This document shows positions 9,072-18,885 of a DNA stretch of 64,000 bases, piece by piece. The notes under the pieces were generated by a model. It was not told the DNA's origin, did no database searches, and saw only the letters and a program-made list of their open reading frames with translations. The first letter of the stretch is position 1. Each line of letters opens with the position of its first letter. Location of the stretch: positions 1 to 64,000 of IMG/VR virus record IMGVR_UViG_2840949845_000010; one strand, written 5' to 3'. This DNA is from a virus (lineage: Duplodnaviria; Caudoviricetes). The position numbers were made by a program, and so were the translations under genes.

Positions 9072-9626
9072 TCATCCCCGCGCCTTCGTCATGGCCGCCG
9101 ACATCGCGGCGGTCTTCCTCTCGGAGCCATGCGAGGAGCCGAAGAAGTAGCTGACCACCTGATCGGCCTTCGCCGACACATAGCCCACCACCGTGCCGAC
9201 CAGCACGCCCTGCTCCCCGGTCAGACCGACCCGGCCCGACAGGACGTAGCCGACCGTGGCGAAGAAGCCGACGATCACGATGCCGGCCAGGATGTTGATC
9301 GCCGTGCTGCCGACCGCCTTCTCGCGGTCGCGCGCCGAGGCGCGGTCGTCGGCGGCGATCCGTTCCAGGTCCACGTCGAGCTTGGCAAGCGTGGCCTGGA
9401 AGTCCTGCTCGGCCTGCTTCAGCTTCAGCAGGGTCTCCGGGTCCGCCTTCTGGACGGCGGCCACGATCTCCTTGGCCGGGGTCGTGGCGTCGAGGCCGAG
9501 CGCGCCCGTGATGGCGCTGACCGCCGTGCCGGCGAGCGGGCCGCCGAGAGCGGTGGCGATGGTCGGGGCCACGGTGGATATCAGGCTGGTCACGCCGGTC
9601 CAGATGTCGTCGAAGATATTCGCCAT
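9072..9626 (-). CDS. Holin (3-TM, GTA-release-type family)
   Basis: VAPTIATALGGPLAG, DDRASARDRE, two TM helices, YFFGSS; next to endolysin. Confidence 0.8.
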   Translation of the reverse strand: MANIFDDIWTGVTSLISTVAPTIATALGGPLAGTAVSAITGALGLDATTPAKEIVAAVQKADPETLLKLKQAEQDFQATLAKLDVDLERIAADDRASARDREKAVGSTAINILAGIVIVGFFATVGYVLSGRVGLTGEQGVLVGTVVGYVSAKADQVVSYFFGSSHGSERKTAAMSAAMTKARG

Positions 9627-10222
9627 CAGCGGAGTCCCCCTTCCCAGAGGCAGGCTTCTTTCTCACGTCGGTCGCGCAGACCCTCGACGGTGGGCCACAG
9701 GCGCTTCATCTTGCGGAACTGGTCGGGCACCTCGGTCAACGTGCCAGCCCGGATCAGGTCGCGGATCGCGGCCATCTCGACCCGGCGGTCCCCCTTGACG
9801 GAGGCGCCCCGGTTGTAGACGAGGCTGACCAGGGTGCCGAAGCACAGCGCCGGCAACGTCTCGCAGCCGGGGAAGGCGCCGACCGTCTGGTCCACGTAGC
9901 GCGGCAACGTGGCAGTGCGGAAGCTCTCGCCCGCAGCGGCCCACGGAATGGCGATGTCCCGCAAGGTCGGCAGCGCGGCCTGGGCCTTGGCGCCCGTCAG
10001 CCCGGTCACGGTCTTCAACCGGCTGCGGATGTCCTTGGGCAGCATCGGCCAGTCACGATCCAGCCCCTCGCCGGTCTCGTAGCCGAGGTCGAACCCGATC
10101 CCGATGGTGACGCCGCTGTCGCCCCCCGGCCAAGTTGGGCGGGCGTATTTCTTCTCGTAGACGGCTTGGCTCGTGACCTCGAAAAGGATGATGAGGTCCA
10201 GCGCTTCCTGGCAGACGTTCAT
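9626..10222 (-). CDS. Endolysin, lysozyme-like muramidase
   Basis: LIILFE...WPGGDSGVTIGIGFDLG, LVSLVYNRG, GLRDRREKEACL; ATG at 10222. Confidence 0.85.
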   Translation of the reverse strand: MNVCQEALDLIILFEVTSQAVYEKKYARPTWPGGDSGVTIGIGFDLGYETGEGLDRDWPMLPKDIRSRLKTVTGLTGAKAQAALPTLRDIAIPWAAAGESFRTATLPRYVDQTVGAFPGCETLPALCFGTLVSLVYNRGASVKGDRRVEMAAIRDLIRAGTLTEVPDQFRKMKRLWPTVEGLRDRREKEACLWEGGLR

Positions 10223-10674
10223 GGCGAAACCCCCTGCGGAATGAACGGCGGGTGAATGTGGGAGAGCACGCATTCCGCGCAAGCGTTGGCCTTCACCTGG
10301 GTTTGAACCTGCTCCCAGACGGTGGCCCATTCCTCCATGGCTTGACGGGTCATGTGCAGCTCGACCTGGATCGTGCCCAGCTCCTTCCGGGCTGACATTT
10401 CGGCCTCCTGCTGCCGCCGGAGTTCGGCGTACAGGTCCTGAATCTCTTTCTGGAGCTGGGAAATCGTGGTGGCTTGGTCGGTGATCTGCCGTTTCAGGGC
10501 GGCGTAAGCCTTGCTGTGGACGGCGGTGAGGGTCACATCCTCCTCCGTCCGCTGCTTGCGGCTGCGCAGATAGAGACAACCGGCAACCCCGGCGCCGCCG
10601 AGCGCGGCTTTCACCCACCACGGGGCCGCCGTATCGGCGGCGAGGCCGATAAGATTTTGCAGAACATCATCCAC
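10219..10674 (-). CDS. Membrane-anchored coiled-coil protein of the lysis module
   Basis: N-terminal TM segment then coiled coil; overlaps endolysin start; start codon uncertain. Confidence 0.55.
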   Translation of the reverse strand: MDDVLQNLIGLAADTAAPWWVKAALGGAGVAGCLYLRSRKQRTEEDVTLTAVHSKAYAALKRQITDQATTISQLQKEIQDLYAELRRQQEAEMSARKELGTIQVELHMTRQAMEEWATVWEQVQTQVKANACAECVLSHIHPPFIPQGVSP

Positions 10675-10765
10675 GGCTTCATCCCCCGCCCACGGCACTG
10701 GGACATAAAAGCACCGTGGGAGAAGAAGGGAATCCGTAGCTGTGTTTGGGCTGGATCTCTAACCG

Positions 10766-11965
10766 CTATGCGGGCGAGGTCAGGCTGTATGTCTTGGCGA
10801 AGCCCGTGATCCGGTCCCGCAACACGACCCAGACCGCCGATCCACCGAGCGAACACAGGTCGGCGGCCGTCAGGTCGGCCTCCGGGCCGGGGGTCAGGTC
10901 GAGGATGGTCGATTTCAGCAGGACCGGGTTTCCGGCGTGCAGGTTCTTGAAGAAGAAGACGGCGTACTGGAAGCCCTCGGTGGCGTACAAATCCACCAGG
11001 ATGGCGCTCCGGTTGGTGGAGATCGGGACCATGCGCAACACCCGACCGGACGGCACGCCCTCCAGGACCATCGGGTCCAGGGTCACGTTGAAAGCGCGCC
11101 CGTCCGCCGACAGCTTGGTCAGGGCCAGGGCGATCCGTCCGTCCGCCAGTTCCCCGGCGATGCCGAAGACCGCCCCGGTCCCGTTGAGCCAGCACCCGCC
11201 GCTGGTCACGAACTGGAGCGTCATGTTGAGGTGATCGTAGGCAACGCGATCCGCCATGTAGTTTTGATCGCTCGACAATTTGGCCGTCATCCAGTGGGTG
11301 TTCTGGAAGGTGAGCGGGAGTTCCTTCGGCACGAAACCGGACTGGGCCGCCTTGTAGGTGTAGTTGGTCGTCGTCCGCCCCTGGGTGTTCTCCCCCGGAT
11401 AGACGTAGCGGGTGGTGGCCGAACGAATGGTGACGAGGGTCTTGCCGGTCAGGGTCTCCCCCTCGACCGGCCAACGGTCCTGGGTCTTCGTGCCGTTGAC
11501 CGTGTAGACGCGGGCGTAACGGTTCAAATCCTCCCCGTCCTTGAGGTCGCGCCAACCCAGGGCGTAGGTTCCCGACGCCACCCGATAGCTGCCGGTGAAG
11601 TAGCCGCGCGGAACGCCGCCCTTGCTCAGGTCCTGGAAACTCCAGCCGCTGCTCCAGATCACATGCTTGCCCTGGCTGGCGTACTGGTCGTTGATCGACG
11701 TGATGTAGGCGTGGAGGGTCTTGTTGGCGGCAGCCGCCGCGTCCGGCCCGATGTAGATCCTCGTCAGGTTGATGAGGGACTTCGCCAACTCCGGGGTCGT
11801 GTCGCTGATCGTCTGAACCCGGACCTTCGGCACCGTCTCCCGGACCTGATAGACGGCGGCCTCGGACACCCGCTGGGCGACCTGGGCCGGCAGCAGGCCC
11901 GTGACCTCATCCGCCGTGGTGGTCGGATCGAAGGAGCTGGAATGAAAATGGCTGAGGCTCATCAA
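10766..11965 (-). CDS. Putative virion/receptor-binding protein
   Basis: Beta-rich, Thr/Tyr-rich; translationally coupled at the end of the tail operon. Confidence 0.5.
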   Translation of the reverse strand: MMSLSHFHSSSFDPTTTADEVTGLLPAQVAQRVSEAAVYQVRETVPKVRVQTISDTTPELAKSLINLTRIYIGPDAAAAANKTLHAYITSINDQYASQGKHVIWSSGWSFQDLSKGGVPRGYFTGSYRVASGTYALGWRDLKDGEDLNRYARVYTVNGTKTQDRWPVEGETLTGKTLVTIRSATTRYVYPGENTQGRTTTNYTYKAAQSGFVPKELPLTFQNTHWMTAKLSSDQNYMADRVAYDHLNMTLQFVTSGGCWLNGTGAVFGIAGELADGRIALALTKLSADGRAFNVTLDPMVLEGVPSGRVLRMVPISTNRSAILVDLYATEGFQYAVFFFKNLHAGNPVLLKSTILDLTPGPEADLTAADLCSLGGSAVWVVLRDRITGFAKTYSLTSPA

Positions 11966-14052
11966 TACCGCTCCCCATCGGGTTCATACTCATAGGCGCT
12001 GATCGTCTGCGGGTAGAGGTTGCCGTCTTGCTCGGCGCCGTACAGGTCGTTCTCGGCGACCGGATAGAACCCGCCATTGATCTCGGCGTCGGCCAAACCC
12101 TCGTAGTCCTCCCCGTCCAGCTCATGGCTGTAGATCGTCTCGCCGATTGGATAGAACCCACCGTCGAAGTCGAAGACGTAATCATCGGCGGCAAGGACCG
12201 GGGACCAGCCGCCATCGGCCAGCGCGGTGTCCACCAGATCGGCGCCGTTGTTGAGGAAGGTGGCGGCCAGAGCGATGGGCTTCATGAGTTCGTCGGTCTT
12301 CAGCGTGCCCTTGCTCTCATCGTAGCGGATCACATAGCTGCCCTGGTCGATGGACATCATCATGGCGCCCGCGTTGACCAGCGCGTAGACCGGCATGGTG
12401 AAGCCCTGGAGGCGCAAGGTCCGCCGCCAGTCGGTCCCCTCCGTTCCGTCCGGCTGGGCGGTGAGGGTCGCGCCCTCCCACCGCGACCAGAAGGGGGGGA
12501 CGATCTCGCGCGACGGCAGGGTCTGAAGCTCGACCGAGGTCTTCGGCAACCGCCACCCGGCGGGCGGGGTGTTGACCCTGGTGGCGAGCGCCCGCGCCGT
12601 GTTCATGGTGGTCTCGACCGCCCAGTGCGCGTCCTGGACCAATTGCCGCGTCCAGGATGCGTCATAGCCCCCGGTGTCCACCAGCCACACCGCCGCCGTG
12701 GTGGCGACATACTTGATCGCGCTGGTGCTGGCGGGCGCGGCGTCGGCGTAGACCACCCCGGAATACACCCATTTCCCGGCGGCGCTCAGGGTGTAGCGCA
12801 CCGCCGATGTGCTGACCGGCGTGGCGCAGGACGTGATGGTCTCGACGTAATCCCAGCCCGAGGCCAGGGATAGGATCCATTTGTATCCGGCCCCGTCCGC
12901 CGGTTGGGTGTCCGTCACCATTGTCTCGGTCGTGGTGGACCAGTAGCCGAGCGAGGACAGCACCCACCGGGTGGTGGCGGTCTCGGCCGGTTGGGTGGCG
13001 AAACGCCCCGTCGTCCCCGTGTTCGTCCAGTACCCGTCCTTGGCGCAGGTGTTGACCGTGTATTGGCGGTAGGTGAGCTTCCAATAATTGGTGCTGTATT
13101 TCGTGACGCTGACCAGTTCGCGCCGGAACATGTAGGTGGTGCAGGTTTTGTCCGCCGAGTACGGGTCGATGTAGATGGAGGCGCCGTAGGCCGTCGCCAC
13201 CGAGACATCGGTCGTCGCCTTGACGAAGTAGATGCTGTAGGTCCCGGTCAGGGTCTCGGCGTAGGCGGTCGGAGCGACCCAGCTCTGTTCCTTGTAGAGG
13301 GCGTCGTACCAGACCTGCTTGATCCAGGTCGCGGGGCGGTAGGTCTCACGCTTGTAGGTCGCGCAGGCCCAAATGTATTTGAAGTAGCCGACCGGCCGGC
13401 GGACGAGATTCCAGGCGGGTTCCAGCACCTCTTTCTGAGGCTCCGGCTGGACATACACCTCATAGGACGCGGCGGTGTGGGTCTCGTGGTTGTAGAGATC
13501 GGGGATCGTCAGGTTGGACGAAACGCCGTAGACATCCGCCCCAAAATTGCCGAGCGACACGGCGGATGCCGAGTGGTTGGCGGGCAGCAGCTTTTCCTGC
13601 AACTGCTTCTTGGCGCCCGACAGGTAGCCGCCGGAATAGACAGTCCTCCAGGTCGCCACCTTCACCGATTGATCGGGCTGGGCGAAGACGGTCATGACGC
13701 CGTAGAAGCTGTAACCGCTGACCGCCCGGCAATAATCCATGGACGAGATGTCGAAGGCTTTCGCCGTGATCCCGGCGACGTAAAGGGCCTCCTCCTCCTT
13801 GAACGGCTTTCCGCTCTCGAAGATGTAGAGCGTGTCGCCGTTGCCCAGCGCGACCATGGGCATCGTGCTGCGCGTGTAGGAGGCCATCCGCACCTTGTCG
13901 ATGGGGAAGTTGATCTCCTCGACCGGGGTGACGACCTCAAAGTTGGTGACGGTGACGGCGCTGCCGTCGATGTCCAGGCGGCCGACGCCGACCATACGGT
14001 CCACGAGGATGTCGTCGTCCTGGAGCCAGAAGGCCCAGAAGTTGATGGTCAT
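11962..14052 (-). CDS. Putative tail receptor-binding protein with internal repeats
   Basis: Start MTINFWAF overlaps TipJ stop; Thr/Trp/Tyr-rich ~29-aa repeats; acidic DGxxYP C-terminus. Confidence 0.55.
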   Translation of the reverse strand: MTINFWAFWLQDDDILVDRMVGVGRLDIDGSAVTVTNFEVVTPVEEINFPIDKVRMASYTRSTMPMVALGNGDTLYIFESGKPFKEEEALYVAGITAKAFDISSMDYCRAVSGYSFYGVMTVFAQPDQSVKVATWRTVYSGGYLSGAKKQLQEKLLPANHSASAVSLGNFGADVYGVSSNLTIPDLYNHETHTAASYEVYVQPEPQKEVLEPAWNLVRRPVGYFKYIWACATYKRETYRPATWIKQVWYDALYKEQSWVAPTAYAETLTGTYSIYFVKATTDVSVATAYGASIYIDPYSADKTCTTYMFRRELVSVTKYSTNYWKLTYRQYTVNTCAKDGYWTNTGTTGRFATQPAETATTRWVLSSLGYWSTTTETMVTDTQPADGAGYKWILSLASGWDYVETITSCATPVSTSAVRYTLSAAGKWVYSGVVYADAAPASTSAIKYVATTAAVWLVDTGGYDASWTRQLVQDAHWAVETTMNTARALATRVNTPPAGWRLPKTSVELQTLPSREIVPPFWSRWEGATLTAQPDGTEGTDWRRTLRLQGFTMPVYALVNAGAMMMSIDQGSYVIRYDESKGTLKTDELMKPIALAATFLNNGADLVDTALADGGWSPVLAADDYVFDFDGGFYPIGETIYSHELDGEDYEGLADAEINGGFYPVAENDLYGAEQDGNLYPQTISAYEYEPDGERY

Positions 14053-17000
14053 CCGAACCTCGCCCCACCCTCGGCGCCCAGCCAGCCGACGCTCCCGCCC
14101 ATGTCGAACAGCAGGTGCATCGCCAGATCGCTGGTGATCGGCGGCAGCTTGGCGTTCCGCCACCGGACGGGGTTGGCGTAGCTCGCCTGATGCTCGCCCT
14201 CGGGCCGGGTGAAGATGATGGTCACGGGCTTGCCGTCGCCACATCCGCCCAGCACCGCGATCTCCACATCCCCCACCAAGTTGATGATGAAGTTGTTGCT
14301 TTCCTTGATGTTCAGCTCCACCAAGCCGGACTTGCTGCCGAGGTCGAGGATGTGCTCGCTGTATCCTTGGAGGATCGGGTTCTTCAGGGTGGCGCAGTTG
14401 TAGTTGATGGTCTGGGTGCTGTCGTAGCTCTCGTCGGTCGCGTCCGGTCGGTTGGTTCCGGTGACGGTGGCCGGGTCGCCCAGGTTTCCGCACTCATCCC
14501 GAAAGCGGATCTCAAAGGTGAAGCCTCGGGCGTCCGAAGGGGCGCCGTCCTGGATTTGCATCGCGGCGGTGTAGCGGAAGTACGGCGTCTCAATGTCCGC
14601 CGTGTGGTAGACCGCGCCGGTCTCGATGTCGCGGCACACGACCTGATAACTGGCGACGTAAACGCCGCCGGCCGTCCAGTCGATCATGTAGCCATAGCGG
14701 CCACCGTTGCCGTCCCAGGAGACGGCCACGTTGACATCCTGCGGCGTGCCCAGAACCTCGGTGGGCGGGCATTGCGGGACCGCGTAGAGACAGGTCGGGG
14801 CGCTGCTGAAATCCGCCGCCACGCCATAGATGTTGTAGGGAAGAACCTTGAACTCGCAGGCGCCAGCCGGGTGGTTGAGGATCGCGTTGGCCGAGGTGGA
14901 CCGCTGGGTCCAGGCGTCGGTCGTCCCCTGCAACCGGGAGAAGACCTTGTACTCGCCGTTGTAGCGCGTGTAGGTGTCGTTCAACCCATTGGGTGAGATG
15001 AGGATCTGCCGGCCGTCATCGCTCCAGTCGATGGAGAAATCCGGGCAGCTCATCCCCGGCGGGACATCTTCCGTGGTCGGGGTCGTGCCTGGCTTGAACA
15101 CCCCGTCCAGGATCGGGCCGGGCGTGTAGTCGGCAACCCCCTCCCGGTTCTCCTCATAATCATCGAAGCACCAGTCGATGACGGCCTCGATCACCACCTT
15201 GTCGGGCGAGCCTTCGGATTCCTGGATGTCGAGGACGCGCCACATCTTCTCCTTCGCGGGTTTCTCGGAGATGATGTTGAACGGGAAGTACAGCTCCGGG
15301 TAATCGCCTTCCAATGGGGTCCGCAAGATGATGGTGGTCAGGTCGGCGCCCGTGCTGGCAATCGCGAACGCCTTGGACCCGCCGCCTGGAACCTGCGGGA
15401 TGAAGTATGATCCGATCTCGGCGACCACGGTTTCGGTCATCCGGGTGTTCCACAGCTCGGTGGCGGCTGCGGTGAGGATCTTGGCGGCGAAGCTGTAGGG
15501 GTTGGTCGAGGGGCTGCTGGTCAGGTTCCCGTTCGCGACCACGAGCTTCAGAGTGTGAGACCCCGCCGTGGCCTCGAACGCCACGTCGGTGTAGCCGATC
15601 CCGTTGGCCGTCGTGATGCTCAGGTTGGTCTGGCCGATCTGCGCATCGTCCAGATAGGCCGTGATGCTGTCGTCCGCCCAGAGACGGATGATGTAGGTCC
15701 CCGTCGCCGGCAGGGTGACGGTGTAGCCGACCGACTTCTCGGCGTCGTAATAGAACACGCCGGTAGAGCCATCCTCGCTCATGCGAACACCGATGGCGTT
15801 CATCTCGTCGGCGATAGGCCCGGCGCTGTCGAGGGCCTGATAGTCGAAAGGGGCAACGGCGTTGAAGTCGAACCCGGTCGCGGCGGTCACGCTGACCGGC
15901 TCGTGCAGGTCGATGGTCTTCAGGTCGTCATGCACCAGCTTCACGCGCCCGGACTGCTTGCCGTCCGCGTGCCGGTCGGCGATGCGGATGCGGTCGTAGG
16001 GGCGGACCCAGCAGCTCTGACGGTTGGTGGTGAATGTCACCATCTTCGTCTGGCCGGTGGCGATCTGGTAGCGGTAGTAGCCCCGGCGGATCGCCTCGCT
16101 CTCATAGATACAGGCGATGGCGATGAAGTCGGTGGGCAGCCGGCCATACTTGGCGATGTGATCCGGGTCGAAGATGCGCAGGCGGTCTTCGGTCCACAGA
16201 AGGTCCGGGTTGACGAAGGAGATGGTCCAGTCGTTGTAGCGGGTGGTCAGGTCGGTCAGGCTGTACTCGAAGACCCCGTTCTCGACATTCTCCTGGTTGA
16301 AGATCGCGGTCGGCGGCTGGGCATCCGGCACGCACAGACGGATGCTGCCATCCAGGTCGTCATAGAGGACGCCATGGAACGCCCCCGCCATGTAGCGGAC
16401 CTGTTCCATCGACAGCCGCGCGTCGCTCAGGACACCGTTGAAGGTGAAGCGCGGCTCCCAAACCTTGTCCTCGGGGTTGGTCTTCTCGCACCGGTCATTC
16501 TTGTAGGTCCAGCCCTCGGGACACAGCGGCTCCGTGACCAAGGTCTCGGTCATCCGGCTGTTCCACAGGAGGTTTCCGTCCGGCTGATAGATCGCAGCGG
16601 ACAGGGCGTAGGGGTTGGTGGAGGGATCGGCCGCGAAACTCTGGTTCACCACCAGGAATTTGACGACGTGCGCGCCCGCCGTCATCGGAACGGCCACGTC
16701 GGTTTGCCCGCCCGTGGTGTTGGTGATGGGCAGCGAGGTCATGCCGATCTGCACGCCATCGACGGAGACATAGACGGTGTCGTCGGCCCAGAATCGGAAC
16801 GTGTAGGTTCCATCGGTGGGAAGATTCACCCGATAGCCGACCGATTTCTCCGCGCCCGCGAAATAGGAGACGTTGGTCCCATCCTCGCTGAACTGGACAA
16901 GATAGCTCTGCATCGGGTCCGAGATCAGCCAGTCATGCCAGCGGTTCACCCCCGTCGCGTTGATCGGGATGACGCTGTAGAAGTCGAAACGGGTGGCGTC

Positions 17001-18041
17001 CTGGGTGAGGGCCGCCGCCGGGATGTCCACCGGCAGGCCCGCGTCACTCAGCATCTTCGCCGGGACGAACCTGTTGCAGAATTTCGAGGCCCGATAGGCG
17101 TCCCATTTGTTCAGGGTGATGGGACCATAGGCGTTCAGGCCATAGCGGTCGTTCATCACCAAGTCGTAGAGGCACCACGCCGGGTCGTCGGTCCAGGCCG
17201 TCACGAAGGACCCGTCCCAGATGCCGATGTAGGTGCGGGTCGTCGGGTTGAAGTTCGACGGGACCCGGACCCGCATGCATTTGTAGATGCCGCTGATTTC
17301 GGGCAGCGCCGAGATCTGATTGGTCGCCTTGCACCAGAAATGCAGGACTGCGGTGTTCTCGAAGCCCCGCTCGGGATAGCGCTGGACCTCCTGAAAGCTT
17401 TCCCAGGTGGCCTGGGCCACGAAGTTCCCCGACGACTGGGTGAGGAGCGTCACCCGGATGTCGTAGCGGTTGTTCGTCGTCTCATCGGGGGAGACGGGGA
17501 CGCGGACTTCGCGAACGAACGAGCTGGAGGTCGTCTTGCCGGTGACGGTGACGGTCTTGGATGTCCACCGGGTCAGCGCCGTCAGCTTCCACTCGATCTT
17601 GAACGAGCAGGAAAGGCTGCCCTCCCAATAGCTGTCGTTGTCGTAGAGGGCGTTGATGACCAGCCGGACATCCAGGAAATTGATGTCGGTTCCGCCCATG
17701 GAGGTGCGGGTGACGGGCACCGCGTAGGCCAGACTGACCCCGACCGAACGGCTGCGGGCCAACCCGCCGAGGATCGGCTGGATCGGTCCCTGATCCGCCG
17801 TCCCGTTGTAGAGGTGGACGGTGCTGTCATCGAAGTTCAAGCTGCCGTCGAGATTGCGGAACGAGGTGTCGTTCAGCATCAAGCTGTCGAGGCCGTCGTA
17901 ACCGTCCGTGGCGCTGTAGAACCCCTCGATCTCGCCCTCGCAAAGACCGAGGACACATTCCATCTGGTCTTCGGAGCGGAGATTGTCCGGCGCGGCCTTC
18001 TTTGCCCCAACCTTGCCATGCACCTCATAGTCCATGCTCAT
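14049..18041 (-). CDS. Central tail tip / host-specificity protein (lambda gpJ/TipJ-like) with two inserted PA14-like domains
   Basis: PDNLRS...LCEGEIEG, VRVPSNFNPTTRTYIGIWDG, WTDDPAWCLYDL..RYG, EPRFTFNG, NVENGVFEYS motifs. Confidence 0.9.
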   Translation of the reverse strand: MSMDYEVHGKVGAKKAAPDNLRSEDQMECVLGLCEGEIEGFYSATDGYDGLDSLMLNDTSFRNLDGSLNFDDSTVHLYNGTADQGPIQPILGGLARSRSVGVSLAYAVPVTRTSMGGTDINFLDVRLVINALYDNDSYWEGSLSCSFKIEWKLTALTRWTSKTVTVTGKTTSSSFVREVRVPVSPDETTNNRYDIRVTLLTQSSGNFVAQATWESFQEVQRYPERGFENTAVLHFWCKATNQISALPEISGIYKCMRVRVPSNFNPTTRTYIGIWDGSFVTAWTDDPAWCLYDLVMNDRYGLNAYGPITLNKWDAYRASKFCNRFVPAKMLSDAGLPVDIPAAALTQDATRFDFYSVIPINATGVNRWHDWLISDPMQSYLVQFSEDGTNVSYFAGAEKSVGYRVNLPTDGTYTFRFWADDTVYVSVDGVQIGMTSLPITNTTGGQTDVAVPMTAGAHVVKFLVVNQSFAADPSTNPYALSAAIYQPDGNLLWNSRMTETLVTEPLCPEGWTYKNDRCEKTNPEDKVWEPRFTFNGVLSDARLSMEQVRYMAGAFHGVLYDDLDGSIRLCVPDAQPPTAIFNQENVENGVFEYSLTDLTTRYNDWTISFVNPDLLWTEDRLRIFDPDHIAKYGRLPTDFIAIACIYESEAIRRGYYRYQIATGQTKMVTFTTNRQSCWVRPYDRIRIADRHADGKQSGRVKLVHDDLKTIDLHEPVSVTAATGFDFNAVAPFDYQALDSAGPIADEMNAIGVRMSEDGSTGVFYYDAEKSVGYTVTLPATGTYIIRLWADDSITAYLDDAQIGQTNLSITTANGIGYTDVAFEATAGSHTLKLVVANGNLTSSPSTNPYSFAAKILTAAATELWNTRMTETVVAEIGSYFIPQVPGGGSKAFAIASTGADLTTIILRTPLEGDYPELYFPFNIISEKPAKEKMWRVLDIQESEGSPDKVVIEAVIDWCFDDYEENREGVADYTPGPILDGVFKPGTTPTTEDVPPGMSCPDFSIDWSDDGRQILISPNGLNDTYTRYNGEYKVFSRLQGTTDAWTQRSTSANAILNHPAGACEFKVLPYNIYGVAADFSSAPTCLYAVPQCPPTEVLGTPQDVNVAVSWDGNGGRYGYMIDWTAGGVYVASYQVVCRDIETGAVYHTADIETPYFRYTAAMQIQDGAPSDARGFTFEIRFRDECGNLGDPATVTGTNRPDATDESYDSTQTINYNCATLKNPILQGYSEHILDLGSKSGLVELNIKESNNFIINLVGDVEIAVLGGCGDGKPVTIIFTRPEGEHQASYANPVRWRNAKLPPITSDLAMHLLFDMGGSVGWLGAEGGARFG

Positions 18042-18574
18042 TCCCCAGCAACAGGGACGCCGATCACATTCACATCGTAGGAGAGGAATTGCCCGTACAG
18101 CCGGTTGACGCCATAGGCGATGATGATGCGCGTGCCCATTGCCACGGTGTTTTTCGGCGCCCCCAGATATTTCGAGGCGTCGGGGTTGCCGTCCTTGTTC
18201 GGCGACGGCGCCAGCAGTTGGAGGATGCCGCCCATGATGAGGGCGACGCCAGCGTTGATGAGGAAGGCGTTGCCGGTGTAGGCGCCGACCGCGACCAGGA
18301 TTGCGCCGATCCCGATCTGTATCCACGAACCGGCTTTGCCGGCCACCGTGTAGTCGGGCATGACGTGGATCTCCTCCACGTCGCTGCGCCGCATCAGGGC
18401 CTGGGGGGTGCGGAACCCGACGACCCGGCACGGGTAGCCTTGGCCGCCACGGACGATTTGCAGAACGGGAATCTGGGCGACCAGCGCGGTCAGCGCCTCA
18501 TACGGGCTGTCCACCTTCATGTCATGGACGACGGGGCACAGCTTCTGAAGATGACCGTGGAAGATCACGCGCAT
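18038..18574 (-). CDS. Tail assembly protein (lambda gpI-like)
   Basis: MRVIFHGHL ubiquitin-like N-terminus, EIHVMP, hydrophobic QIGIGAILVAVG, NTVAMG..IIIAYG. Confidence 0.8.
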   Translation of the reverse strand: MRVIFHGHLQKLCPVVHDMKVDSPYEALTALVAQIPVLQIVRGGQGYPCRVVGFRTPQALMRRSDVEEIHVMPDYTVAGKAGSWIQIGIGAILVAVGAYTGNAFLINAGVALIMGGILQLLAPSPNKDGNPDASKYLGAPKNTVAMGTRIIIAYGVNRLYGQFLSYDVNVIGVPVAGE

Positions 18575-18885
18575 CGGATCACCTCGCCGCGATCCACCAC
18601 ATATTTGGCGATCCCGTCCTGGCCCACGATGTAGTGGGCGTGATCGGGGAAGGCTTTGAAGGACCGCATGTCCTGGACGGTGAGATTCGACGGCTTGCCG
18701 GGGTGGGTGTGCCAAAGGCCGGAGGAATGGGGCAGCCATTCCAACAGGTCTTCCGGCGCGATGCTGGCCCCTTCCAGGGGGTTCTCGTAGACGTTCACCA
18801 CCTCGGCGATGGTTCCGTCCTTGAAGATGAACCCAATGCGCTCGGGTCCCTCGTCGGAGTAAAACTCGGTCAGGCGCTCGGGCAC
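18565..18885 (-). CDS. JAB/MPN-domain tail assembly protein (gpK N-terminal-like)
   Basis: ERIGFI...WHTHP...NLTVQD JAMM motif. Confidence 0.8.
   Translation of the reverse strand: MPERLTEFYSDEGPERIGFIFKDGTIAEVVNVYENPLEGASIAPEDLLEWLPHSSGLWHTHPGKPSNLTVQDMRSFKAFPDHAHYIVGQDGIAKYVVDRGEVIRCA

Noticed and set aside
10766-18041. Diversity-generating retroelement or shufflon acting on tail genes
   Set aside because: No reverse transcriptase or invertase, and no near-identical TR/VR pair; the PA14-like duplicates are diverged at all bases
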